Shown here: piece by piece, positions 13,526 to 24,932 of the stretch
How positions within the stretch are numbered: the first letter of the stretch is position 1
Layout of the letters: each line of letters begins with the position of its first letter
Source of the DNA: Sarea resinae
Taxonomy: Eukaryota
Direction of reading: 5' to 3'
Assembly: GCA_026026165.1 (NCBI GenBank)
Contig: JAPEUD010000007.1
Coordinates: 558,001-599,476, forward strand
Length of the DNA stretch: 41,476 bases
The notes under the pieces: model-generated
The model's input: the letters and a program-made list of their open reading frames with translations, nothing else
The model's database searches: none
What the model was told of the DNA's origin: nothing
Made by a program: the position numbers and the translations under genes

Positions 13526-14169
13526 CTACCTCCCCGACGCCATTGCCGTTGCCGTAGCTCTTCCTCGTCTGGCGCCACAGACCTCTTCATACCTGGGCGG
13601 TGGCGGCCAATCTTCCACGTTCTCTTCGTCTTCATAGACGACGCTCTCCTCACTCATGCCGCTCACTCGTCCGTTTGCCACGACCATACTCTCAGTCGAC
13701 GAGATCATCGTGCCAGCTTCACTTCCACTCCCGCTACCGCAGCTGTCGCTATGGATGCGATTACAGAGATGGACGTGCCTCGCTGTACAGGTGTGGCCTT
13801 CTGGTAGCGCCGCTAAGGACTGCGGATGCAGTTGCTTCTGCGGGCATTGGCATTGGCAGCCGTGGACGGAGATGACGGGTCGAGATGTCGAGGAGAACTG
13901 CTGATGACTGGTTTCGATGTTGTGGACGCGGGCGGCATTCGTGGCTTGGAGCTCCGCAAATCTGGCGGCGTACTCGGTTTTTCGAGCTTTGCGGTTCTTG
14001 TGATGTGTGCGAATTCTGTGATGCGTGGATTAGTGGTGGGGATTGCAAAAGGTGGTAATGGATATTTGGGGGCGGTGAAGAGAAAGGGGAGGATGGATGG
14101 ACTATGCGCTTACTTGTCTATTGACCATCCAACGCCGTAGACACCGGCGGCTAGCACGAGCCCTGCCAT
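13526..14169 (-). CDS. Uncharacterised 181-aa protein with N-terminal hydrophobic segment, basic helix and C-terminal PPxY motif
   Basis: Exon 1 14169-14114, intron 14113-14016 (GTAAGC...CTAAT...CAG), exon 2 14015-13526 open to the stop: MAGLVLAAGVYGVGWSIDKIRTHHKNRKARKTEYAARFAELQ...PPPPRYEEV. Confidence 0.7.
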
Positions 14170-15985
14170 TGAGTCGCTGCTGTGATTGTGTAGACTTCAG
14201 AAAAGATGGGTGCGTTTTCGGATAATCGGCAGACTTGAGAAATATTCGATTGTCGGTCGTATACAATCGCGTTATGGATTGAAGCAGAGATATGCTTGAG
14301 CAAAAGTCTGTTATATACAAGATGCCGACGTTTAATGGCTACCACGATAGATGATGGGATTAAGGATTTGTAGATAAATGGAAGAGAGGCACGCATGCCG
14401 GGTGGGGTGTGTATATGATATATATGCGCTTCTCTCGACGTCCGAGCTACGTAAACGATCTTCGTCGGATGCAAAACGCGAGACATCAAAGACCCTTCAA
14501 TGATAATAATGCCGTCATCCTTTCTTCCGGTGGACTACCCCTAGCTACCATCTAGATTCCCGCATTCGATCTGATCTGCTACCCTATGGACAGATGTCTG
14601 GACAACGTGCACACATAGCAATGACTTATTCCCTCATTACCTACAGCCTATCGAATCACAAAGAACGCGCACTATCAAGCGGTTGGAATTTGGATCCATC
14701 CCATCGGAGTCACAACTACCCCACCCCTGCGCCTCTTTCTCTCGCAAGACTGTCCGCGCAAAGAAAGGGCAGCGTGCTAGGGGCAGCGAATATACGACGT
14801 ACCGGCAAGCCAGGCAAGTAAGATCAATCGATACCGAGGAGAGCCAAGATCGACGAGCCAGACGGGTCCATTGACGACAATTGAATTCCAATCGATAAGC
14901 AAATTGGAAGTCATGAGCGTCAGCATTGCGACACACTAAGACCGATATGCGCTAGTGTAGCGAGGCACGACGATCATCGCTCGGTTGTGACGGACGGGGG
15001 ATTGCCTTGGGAGCAGGAGCACACGCGTATGAGGGGGCCGTACGGACCGGGCGGACAGCATCGACTACAGTCTGTTGGTGAATGCTTAGCTTCTCTGCCT
15101 GTCAGATGGCTTTCGCCGTCTCCATGGAGAGCGGCATTGGAGAAGGGAACGCTGGAGGGAGCAAGTCGATTCCAGTTACTCGAGGACCAGGGATGGAGCC
15201 AGCAGAACCGATGACGATTGCCGAAGGTTCGCTAATCGAATTGATTTGTATATGTTTGGCCATCTTGGGTGCGAAAGTTGTTGGCCGTCAGATAGACATA
15301 GAATTGTCAGCGATAATGCACAGCCCGAATCTGACACAACCCAATCACATGCGCTCAAAGTCATTCTTGCGCCTATCTGTCCTTCCAAATCATCTGCGCA
15401 GCGTCTCCATCTCAGAGCTGCGCCTGCGCGCACCTCGCGTATGGGAATGAGCTTCTAGCGCGCTTCCTCAGCCCTGAGCGTGACGGATGTTGATGGTCCC
15501 GGCGGGGCATGGCCTTTCCGAGAACCTTATCTCGCACCTCAAACAGGATTAACATAATCTCCAGGGTTTGGGTCTGAAGTTGACTCCTTCGATCAGTTTG
15601 TGACCGGTAAGTTGGGACAAGTTGCGCGGGCTGACGACTGTGAACAAGGAAGAAGTATCGGAGACTTGTGATCCCACCAACAAGTCTGCCCACAGACGAG
15701 CTCTAGATGCCGTACCCTCTACTTCACTGGGGCCAATCCCTCCCCTCAGTTGTAAGCTATCTAGGTCGCCTTGCTACACCGTAACCCAGCTGCGTGTTTC
15801 CTACGGCATGCCATGCATTCCCTTTCCACATCCTCTGTTCCAAGCAGGTACTTTGTACAAGCAAAGAGTAAACAGACTCAATAGCCTCTACCACTGTCTC
15901 CAAGCTGCACCGAGTACAATCGAATCTTCCACTTCTCAGCCTCCATTACCGTCTTACATACTCTGGGCATCGTTTCAAAGAATCA

Positions 15986-17215
15986 ATGCCCAGCACCCAC
16001 CAGCACCACCACCCTCACCCCCCCAGACGAGCCCCCAGGTCCCCCACGCGCGTGCATTTCCATGCTCGAACGCCCACAAACGCGCGCGGCCAGGCGCAAG
16101 CCCAGATAACAGAGGCCCAGGCGCATGCGCGCAGGGCAGCGGCTGGAGCCAGACGGGGAGGAGTGCTCATAAACGAAGTGTCCGATGATGCGAGGATGGC
16201 GGATCTGGAGGACGAGGCAGAAGAAGAAGATGATGATGATGATGATGGGGGGGTAGATGAAGGTGTGGAGGGAGAAGTAGAAGATGCGGATGCAGATGTC
16301 GATGTGGACAATGATGATGATGATGGAGACGGCGAAGACGGTCTAGAGGAGGACGTGGAGTCAGAAGGAGAGGCATTCAGTACGCCAGTCTAACTCCTCC
16401 CCCTTCTGTCTCCTGCCGCTCAATCAATAACGTGCTACGCAGCAGCCCATCCCCCCATTCCTCTCACCAACCTGAAAGAGATCTCCACTCTCGCCTCTTG
16501 GACCGTGTCTTCCTCGAAACCAGGCTGCGGCGTCACGGCCCTACGCTCGCCTTCGACGAGCCAATTCTGGCAATCTGACGGACCCCAGCCACACTACCTC
16601 ACCGTGCATTTCTTCAAGATGGTCGCCATTGCACATATCAGAGTTTATCTAGACTTCGACGCCGACGAGAGCTATACGCCTACGAAGATGTCCTTTTTGG
16701 CCGGTACGGGAACGCATGATTTGCAGGAGGTGGTGGAGCTGAATCTGGAATGTCCGCGTGGGTGGGTGGATGTGGATTTAAGGGGTGTTGGCGGGAGGGG
16801 CGGTAGTGGTGGTGATGGCCGCGAGAACGAAGAAGACGGGGAGGAAGTTGACGGAGAGGGTGATGATAATGGGGGGGTCGGTGGGGATGGAAACGTCCTG
16901 AGAGCTTTTCTGGTACAGGTCAAGATATCTGAGAATCATCAGAATGGCAAGGATACACACGTCCGGGGATTGCAGATTTTTGCTAGAGATTATGGATCCG
17001 GCGGCGGTGGGGCGGGTGGGGAAGGAACGGTGGACGGTGAGAGGAGAAGGAGAAGACGAAAGATTGCTTTGCGGAAGAAAAGCGCCGCTGGAACTGGAGC
17101 TGGAGCTGGTGGCGGTGATGACGGAGAAGGAGAGGGGGATGGGGACGGGGCCAAGGACGATCTGGTAGTGGGGCTGGAGGAACCAGATTGGATGCGGGAG
17201 CCGGAGTTGAGGTAA
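15986..17215 (+). CDS. DOC1: Anaphase-promoting complex subunit 10 (APC10/DOC1), 2 exons
   Basis: Intron 16380-16442; LKEISTLASWTVSSSKPGCGV, FWQSDGPQPH, DESYTP, ENHQNGKDTHVRG and C-terminal ELR (IR-tail-like). Confidence 0.93.
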
Positions 17216-17848
17216 TACGGTACGAAGCCTTACTGTGGCGCATTCGAATCGATGGAGGCGTTTGGCGGCGCATTGCATTTCATTGCATTACTGGCTGGCG
17301 GGTGTTACTTGGAATGGGAAGAAAAGGGACATATCTCGAGTACCGGCTCTGGCGTTGCTTGGCAGGGCTTTCTTCATGCTATCAAGGCATCGGTTCGTTA
17401 GCTGTCGGCGCACTTGCTGCCTGACTTGTTCCATTCTGTGTCATCTCGAGTACTGATCCTACCATTTCTCGACGTGTGCTCCGATCGAGGCTTGTCCTGC
17501 TTGCCAAGGTGTCGATCTGCCCACTGCTAAAGACCTCTGATGATGGCTATCAAAATGTACGCTGATTACTCGTCTTAATGGCCCTTTTTCGGCGATGCGA
17601 AGTGTCTAGCTCTGACGGCTAAGGCCCGAGGATGGCTAGTAATACTGGTATCGTACAATTACAGTTGTTCGATACTGGTCTGCAGAGGGCAAAAGAATAG
17701 TCCGAGAAGGTAATTGGCATGGAAAGCGATATTTAGTTCACTGCCAAGCCATCATGATCTGCCCTCAGGCAAAGCATGGAGCTACATCTAGCCTTCTGCA
17801 CTCCAACAGGAAATTCCACAAGTCGCAAGATTTCTCCTCCAAATCCCA

Positions 17849-18376
17849 TTAGTGGGGCCCGTCCCCTTTCTCCACTTCAACTGGCACCTCGGCGCTCCCA
17901 ACAACAACAACGAACATCCTTGCGACCTCCTTCCCGCGATTCTCCCACGCATGCACGGTACCCCGCTGGACAACCGCCTCGCCCTGCTTGATCACCTCTT
18001 CCCTCCCCCCTTCCTCCACCACCAGCACTACTTCTCCCGACAGCACGATGCAGTAGTCCAGACTCCGTGTTTTATGCATCGGCGCGCCTTTCCCGACGGG
18101 TATGTCCATGATCGTGCCTGTGACGCCTGCTGGAGGGGCGTAAGGAATAGCTTGGGACTCAGACGTGGGCTCGTTAGTGGGGGGAGCGGCGAGAAGATTG
18201 CTCCGCGGAATGGGCACGGTCGAGGAGGTGTAGATGTGGTGGAAGGTGGTACGGGTGGGGCCGAAAGGCTGGAAGGCGGGAGGATGACTGACGCTCAGGG
18301 TAGATTGGCCCGAGGGGTTATGTGAGGTCGTGATTAGGCGGGGCGGGGGGAGGTTGGTGGTTGTTGTCGTTGCCAT
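17849..18376 (-). CDS. Cupin-barrel protein (Cupin_2-like)
   Basis: PRLITTSHNPSGQS, PMHKTRSLDYCIVLSGE, VVQRGTVHAWEN motifs; ATG at 18376; no intron. Confidence 0.88.
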   Translation of the reverse strand: MATTTTTNLPPPRLITTSHNPSGQSTLSVSHPPAFQPFGPTRTTFHHIYTSSTVPIPRSNLLAAPPTNEPTSESQAIPYAPPAGVTGTIMDIPVGKGAPMHKTRSLDYCIVLSGEVVLVVEEGGREEVIKQGEAVVQRGTVHAWENRGKEVARMFVVVVGSAEVPVEVEKGDGPH

Positions 18377-19463
18377 TTTTGTTATGATGTGTGAAATTGA
18401 TCCGCAGTCTTGCGTTTCCAACGGCGTGGAAGGTCTTGGGCTCTGCTGCTTCAGATTTGGAGCTTGAATTCTGGGGTGTTGAAAAGGACAAGTAGTGAAG
18501 AAAGACCAAGAGCAAAGGCGATGTTGGATAGCTGGATCTCGAGCTACTAGAAACGGAAAAGCAGGATCATTTTATAACACTATTCCTCCTCTGAGAGCGA
18601 CAGCAACGCCAACATCACCCTGGTTCTCAGCGCTCTAACAGAATTCGTACAGGTACGAAGTCAATCCCGGTTGCATTCTGCGGCATCCATGGGGTGACAG
18701 ATGAAACCCCTAGGACTGACTTGAGGGCCATCATGATTTGACTATGCTCAGCATGTATTCGGGAATGAGTTGAGTCTAGGCTTCAAAGGCCTGTGGCGCC
18801 GAGAGTGCCGACCTCAAGAAAGTTGCGTTTGGGGAGTCGGGACGGAATTTATTGATTTAGCCGCTGTGCTGACTGCGGGGCTGACTGCATTTACGAGCGT
18901 TTGTTGGATGGTGGCTCGCATGGATATTGCGGCGGACTTAAGGGATTTAAGGGTGTTGATCACATTTAGGTGTTTATTGACTCGTGGAAATCTCCTGCAA
19001 CCCCGTATATAATCGGAAGAGGAGACATATCCTCGACATGAGCCAAACCAACAGATAAATTACTACAGCTCCCGGGAGGACCAGTCTTGATGTCTGAGCT
19101 TTCTGCAAGAGTGCAGAATCATGAGAAAGATGGTGGGAGATAGAACTCGGATTTCGACCATTGGCGGAGGATCAGCGGGGTTCACACTAGCTAGTACCGC
19201 TATCTAACATGAGTGAACAGTACAAGCTTGAGGGGATACGCTCGATATATTATAGTCTCACAGGAGTTTCAGCCATTCAAATATATCGAAGATCTATTAA
19301 GATGCCGATTACAGTCTCCCAATTCCGAAAAGTCCTCATACACCCAACTGGCAATGACGCTCTTCGCAAAGAATCCAACACCTGATAAAATTTGTGGCCG
19401 TTAGAGGCAGCTCAAAGAGAATATGATAGTCATGCAGATGCCTTATAACCTGGAATCTAGTTA

Positions 19464-21396
19464 TTACATATCCTCATCTTCGTCATCATCGCTATCCCAT
19501 CCTTCTTGATAAGCCTCACAGATCTCGCCCAAGCCATTTGTCAGCGCCTCTCGTTCATCTAGTTCAAGAGAACGTGCAGCTATGCTGCTGAGGGACAGGA
19601 TATGCTCCGATATCGAGGATGTTGTGGATAGGGAGGCATGAACGGCGACTGGTTCCGAGGAATGCGCTCGGACGGTATAGAGCTTGGGAAAGCTGTCGAG
19701 CATTGGAAAAAGGAGAGGTGTGCGGTATCTGCGCGCGGAAGTCAGTTTGCTGAGTTTGGAAGAACATGGAGAGGGAGTGCAGCCGATTTCAAGGCCGCAG
19801 TCATGACTTGAACTTACTTTTCTACGTTCAAGAGACCCATAAGCCGTCGTCTAGCCTTATAATGTTCGGGATGTTCATCGCCAATATCCCAACTTCCTCT
19901 AAAGGTGTCTGCCCGACCGAAGACGTGGACTTTCTTTCCGCGATCTCTCTGCCTCTCTCCAGCTACTGAGAACAAGTCTACATCAAGATTATTCCCAGGT
20001 GCATCAGTAAGACCAGCTCCATCCTCATCATCGTAGTCCATGTCCTGACCTTCTCGCTCCATTCTTGGATCATGTTCTTTCGGCTTCGTCTCTTTTGCCG
20101 ATACCTCTAGCGTCGATGGATCAGCGACTTCGAACTGTAGCTGTGTGATTTTTTGGCTGCCGTTGATATTGAGGGCGCCTTCTATCGAGCCGAGGGCTGC
20201 GGCTGTAGCCCCTTTGAGCCGTGACGAAATAGCCACTGACTCCACCGCAGTTGCTAGAAGTGCCGAGGAGTACCATTCTGATTCTCGGTTGAGTTGCACG
20301 TATGAAGGTAGTAGCGTTGGGGGATCAGCTATGGGGATGTATAGAGATGCTTGCGTAGATACCTCGAGGACTGATCGAGCCGTGTTGGCAGTCTTAAGTA
20401 GTTTCTTCTCCTGTTTGCAGTCAGTATTGAAAAACCATGGTATCAAAGTAGGCCAGAGATTGTCTTTGCATAAAAAAAAAAGTCCTTTGCTGGCACGATA
20501 CTAGATGATCTAAAGGACCTTCCCTAGAGCTGGCAAGACTTACTCTCTGGACCTTCTCTCCGCCCTCCATAGCCCAGACCCAGATGCTAGTCTTTCCAAA
20601 CTCGTCCCGTATTCTGTCAATATATCGAGCCGCGAAGCCACCCCAGGCATCATCGGCCGTGGTGAACATCTGTATGGCTTGAAGCTGATCGCATTCCTCG
20701 GCGAATGGTCGCAGGTCGCGATCAAATAAATCGTGTTCCTTATCCAGGTTCTTAAATAGATCTTCACCGGAATCCCATCTCTCAAACGGCATGATACTTG
20801 AATTGAGCTCATACTCGTTTAGCTGAACGATTGATCTGGGGTGATAGAAGACACGATTGAAATCTGACCAATATCGAACTGTTCCTGCAGTCAAAGTCGG
20901 CGGCTCGAGACCCTCGTCGAGATTTCGTTGGTATTCATGCTGCTGTATAGGGGTCTGCTTCTGTGTGGTAACCTTCCCATCCCTACTCTTACCAAATGTC
21001 AAGAGTAATCGTGTCAGCTTAGCCACGACACTATTCAATTGCTGGCCAAGTGCTTGCAAGTCTACTTACCATAGCCCTTTTGGTGCCCCTTGCTCTTCTG
21101 TCAAGTCATAGAGAGCATTAAGCTTCTTGAGAGATCCAAATCCGCCTTTCAAATCATAGATAAGGGTCCTTGGGGTAAAGGTTTCAGAGCCGTCAGCACC
21201 AACTCCCGGTCTGAAATGGATATCATGATTGACTGGAGACTGCTCATCACCGCTGTAAGTGAAGTAGGACTCCTAGAAGCAAGGATTAGATAACCATGAC
21301 TTCTAGTAGAAAGCTTGCTCATGCCTGTATATTCCAGAAATGGGTTGCCAGATAGTTGCTCCTCTGGCCGAGCTGGAGTGTGACGACTTCATGCAT
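19464..21396 (-). CDS. DML1: DML1/misato tubulin-like protein (mitochondrial distribution and mtDNA inheritance), multi-exon
   Basis: [30 protein letters not shown]...[51 protein letters not shown]; acidic tail [12 protein letters not shown]. The first intron is GC-AG. Confidence 0.95.
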
Positions 21397-22160
21397 AGCG
21401 TTGAGATTTTACTTTATACTAATAAGTCTCCCAGGTAGTATTATTGGAGGAAGGAAGACAAGAATTCTTCAGAATATCATCCTTTGATAGGAGCTGGCGT
21501 CTGCTGAATTTCTGGTGTGGTCTCAACTTTCGACATGTGCTGCAGAATGCACGGCCAATATCGTTTAGGTGTCCGGCAGAGAATATCAATGCGCGAAGAG
21601 GCCACAAGGGGGGCTCAAATTTTCCCTACAGCGGTAAATTCATTTCCAAAGATCACAGTCGCTGCTACAGCGTTGCTATCCACCTGAGAACTTTCGTTCC
21701 ACTACCATGGGTACCAGGACAAGGTGAATGCAGATCGACTGCGCAAACTTGAATATTGGATTGGCTCTATTCTGTGCGGAGTCACATACACAAATATCGG
21801 CTATCTTTATCTTATCGGCGCAGCGATCCAAGGGTCTCGGCCTAGACCACCTCGGAGCCTGAATGCTCGAGCATATTCCATCTGATAGCTTTAACGATCA
21901 AAACCCCCATTATTATGAGCAGAAATATCGACCAATACATAAGGCTCTCGAAAGGGCAGTGAGTGGTAGTCATCGACTGACTTTTGCCTTCGATCGGAAC
22001 GCTCGGCTTGGGGATCGACTGCTACCGTGTTCCAGGTCTACGACGTCATTTGTAAGCTGCAGATCTTACGATCAACTGCTCCGACAACCAAGAGCATCAA
22101 GAACGACGAGATCACACTCCTCAACCACCAAGATTCTTCAATCAATCTACCGTTGTGAAG

Positions 22161-22798
22161 ATGGCCCGTATACTGGCAGAATTAGCCACTCTGTGGCCCC
22201 CAAACAATCTGGAAGTCGCACCTGTCGTCGAACCCGGCGCGAAAGCACCATCTTCCGACAAACTGGTCATTCCGAGAGCCGACGGAAAGCCAGTCCTCAT
22301 CACATTTTTGAGACACTGCGGCTGTCCATGTAACTACATCCCTGATCTACGACTGTCAAGAGAGAAACCGCTGACAGCTATTTCACAGTCGCAGAGAAGG
22401 ATTTCCAGCTACTTCGCGAGGTCGGCACCGCTAATCCATCGGTTCACTGTGTCGCAGTTTCCCACAGCAGTCCGGCTATCACAGAGAAATGGGTAAATGC
22501 TGTTGGAGGCGCAGGCCCGATCGAAGTCATTGTTGACGAGGAGCGAGAACTGTATGCCAGGTGGGGTCTGGGGGTGTCGAATCTCTGGCATTTGATGAAC
22601 ACGCCGACCTTCACGAATGTGACCAAATTGGGCAGAGAAGAGGGCATCTGGAATAGGGGAGAAGTGGGTGGGAACAGATGGCAAAGCTCTGGGAGTTTCG
22701 GTGTGGCTGGAGACGGTACAATGAGGTGGAGTAAGCCTTCGACTCATGCAGGCGACATCCCCGACTTTCACGAAGCTCTCAAAGCCGTCCAAGCTTGA
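22161..22798 (+). CDS. Thioredoxin-fold AhpC/TSA-like (PRXL2/AAED1-type) protein, 2 exons
   Basis: Intron 22330-22388; KPVLITFLRHCGCPFAEK, VIVDEERELYARWGLG, GNRWQSSGSF. Confidence 0.85.
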
Positions 22799-23231
22799 AA
22801 GATGTCGTTTTCTGTTATACAGCGTTTGATTCCTGGTCGCGACGGATTTGATTGACACATGTAAGAATGCAGACGATATCGGGGTTCTCGATCTCATAGT
22901 TGAGGTTTCATTACGACACGTCTTCAACGTGGATGCATCTATTCAATAGGATCGATAATACCTATAGGCTGATTCATAAATTATCGCAATAAAAATAAGT
23001 AGAAAAGGGATTGTGGAATTCATTGACAGAGCAGGTGGCTCTAGACATTTGGACCTCGCTCAATTATGCTTCCAGATTGCATCGACAACGTTCTTGAAGC
23101 GTTTATGATCATCTATATCCACGCATGATGCTTGAGATAGATACCTAGTAAGGTACCTCGCACTTTAGGCCTCGCCCCTCCATACGCAGAAACTAGAAAT
23201 TGCGCTACTTGTCTTACTACCTCGCTGTAGG

Positions 23232-23239
23232 CAGTCACA
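23232..23239 (+). promoter_or_regulatory. HomolD-like box CAGTCACA upstream of a ribosomal protein gene
   Basis: Exact CAGTCACA about 240 bp upstream of the RPS5 ATG. Confidence 0.5.
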
Positions 23240-23478
23240 GGATTCATCCTTTCAGATTGCTTTCGCTTGCCCACCGAGCCAACAGTCAGGGCTACGCTAG
23301 GCCACAAGCGAAGGACTGCTACGCACTCTCGCTTAGCCACTGAATCTTGAATTTCGTGAAGCGACCAGCAACCGATCAGAACGACGAACGACCACGACAA
23401 CCCGCAAAAGTCGATCTCCACCGACCTCCAACAATCCCGCATTTCTCGAAAGGTTCGTCGGATCAGAACATCGCCAAC

Positions 23479-24386
23479 ATGTCTGACAACGGCGAAATCG
23501 AGGTCGAAAGCCCTGCCGGCTACCCGGTGCTGCCCAAGGAGGTGACCGAGGAGATTGGAACCGTTAAGCTCTTCAACAAGTGGAGCTACGAGGACGTTGA
23601 GATCCGTGATATCTCTTTGACGTAGGACTTCCCCTTATTTCAGATTCATGCGCCGATGCGTGGAGGGAGACGGGCAAGGGAAAGGGCGCTGCTGGCCTCG
23701 GGGAGGCCTCGGGGATGTTGCGCGATGGAGGCAAATCACCATATATAGATCGGATTGCTAACGATGAATTTGCAACTACAGCGACTACATCCAGATCCGC
23801 TCCCCCGTCTACATCTCTCACTCTGCTGGCCGATATGCAATCAAGAGATTTCGCAAGGCACAATGCCCGATCATCGAGCGTCTTACCAACTCGCTGATGA
23901 TGAACGGTCGCAACAACGGCAAGAAGTTGATGGCCGTCCGCATCGTTGCCCACGCTTTCGAGATTGTATGTCTCCCCACAACGTCCTGAATATATATTAT
24001 CTGGAAGGCCAGGCTATGAACAATTTCAAAAAGTCAAGTTTGGCTAATGTGTGGTGTTCCTCCACTAGATCCACATCATGACCGACCAAAACCCCATCCA
24101 AATCGCCGTTGACGCCATTGTGAACTGCGGTCCTCGCGAAGACAGCACCCGTATCGGTTCCGCAGGTACCGTCCGTCGCCAAGCTGTCGATGTCTCCCCT
24201 CTCCGCCGAGTCAACCAGGCCATCGCCCTGTTGACCATTGGTGCCCGTGAGGCTGCTTTCCGTAACGTCAAGTCTGTTGCCGAGTGCCTGGCAGAAGAGC
24301 TCATCAACGCCGCCAAGGGTTCGTCGAACTCGTACGCCATCAAGAAGAAGGATGAGTTGGAGCGTGTTGCCAAGAGCAATCGGTAA
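23479..24386 (+). CDS. RPS5: 40S ribosomal protein S5 (uS7), 3 exons
   Basis: Exons 23479-23621, 23782-23965, 24069-24386; [23 protein letters not shown]...[10 protein letters not shown]...[14 protein letters not shown]. Confidence 0.98.
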
Positions 24387-24932
24387 AGGGTTATTGGAAA
24401 AATGCGCTGGGGAGTGTATGTGGAGGGGCTTCGTTGTGCGTGGAAAGAAAGAATGGATACTTGCGCTTGGTGGGCGGGATGTCGATAGGCTCTTGTTTCT
24501 ACCTATCTGCGCTACCTATCAAGTTTCGAGGTTCTGCAAAGCATCATGTCTGTATTCATTGCGACAAATGAATAACGGTTTTCAATCTCACCGAAACCAT
24601 GATTCGTGATAGTGGCTTCTGATTATGCTACATGCCTGGCTCTCTAACTGTTCAGCAAAAGCCGAATCGCTGATTTGCGACGTCCGAGCTTAATTGACCA
24701 CAGTCAGCCATGCCAATTCGATCATCTACTCAAACTTGGCCGATCACGATCCCCCAAACCGTTTCATATCCTCAGCCCTTGAGTACGAGCCGAATTCATT
24801 TCCCAAGGACACATTTACACTTCGAAATTAGACGCAACGCTTAATTGGAGTACTGCTCATGTTTGGAGAGCAATCGGTATCAACTTTGTGCTACTGATCT
24901 AGTTAAGTATATGATTACTATTGACTAGCTCC

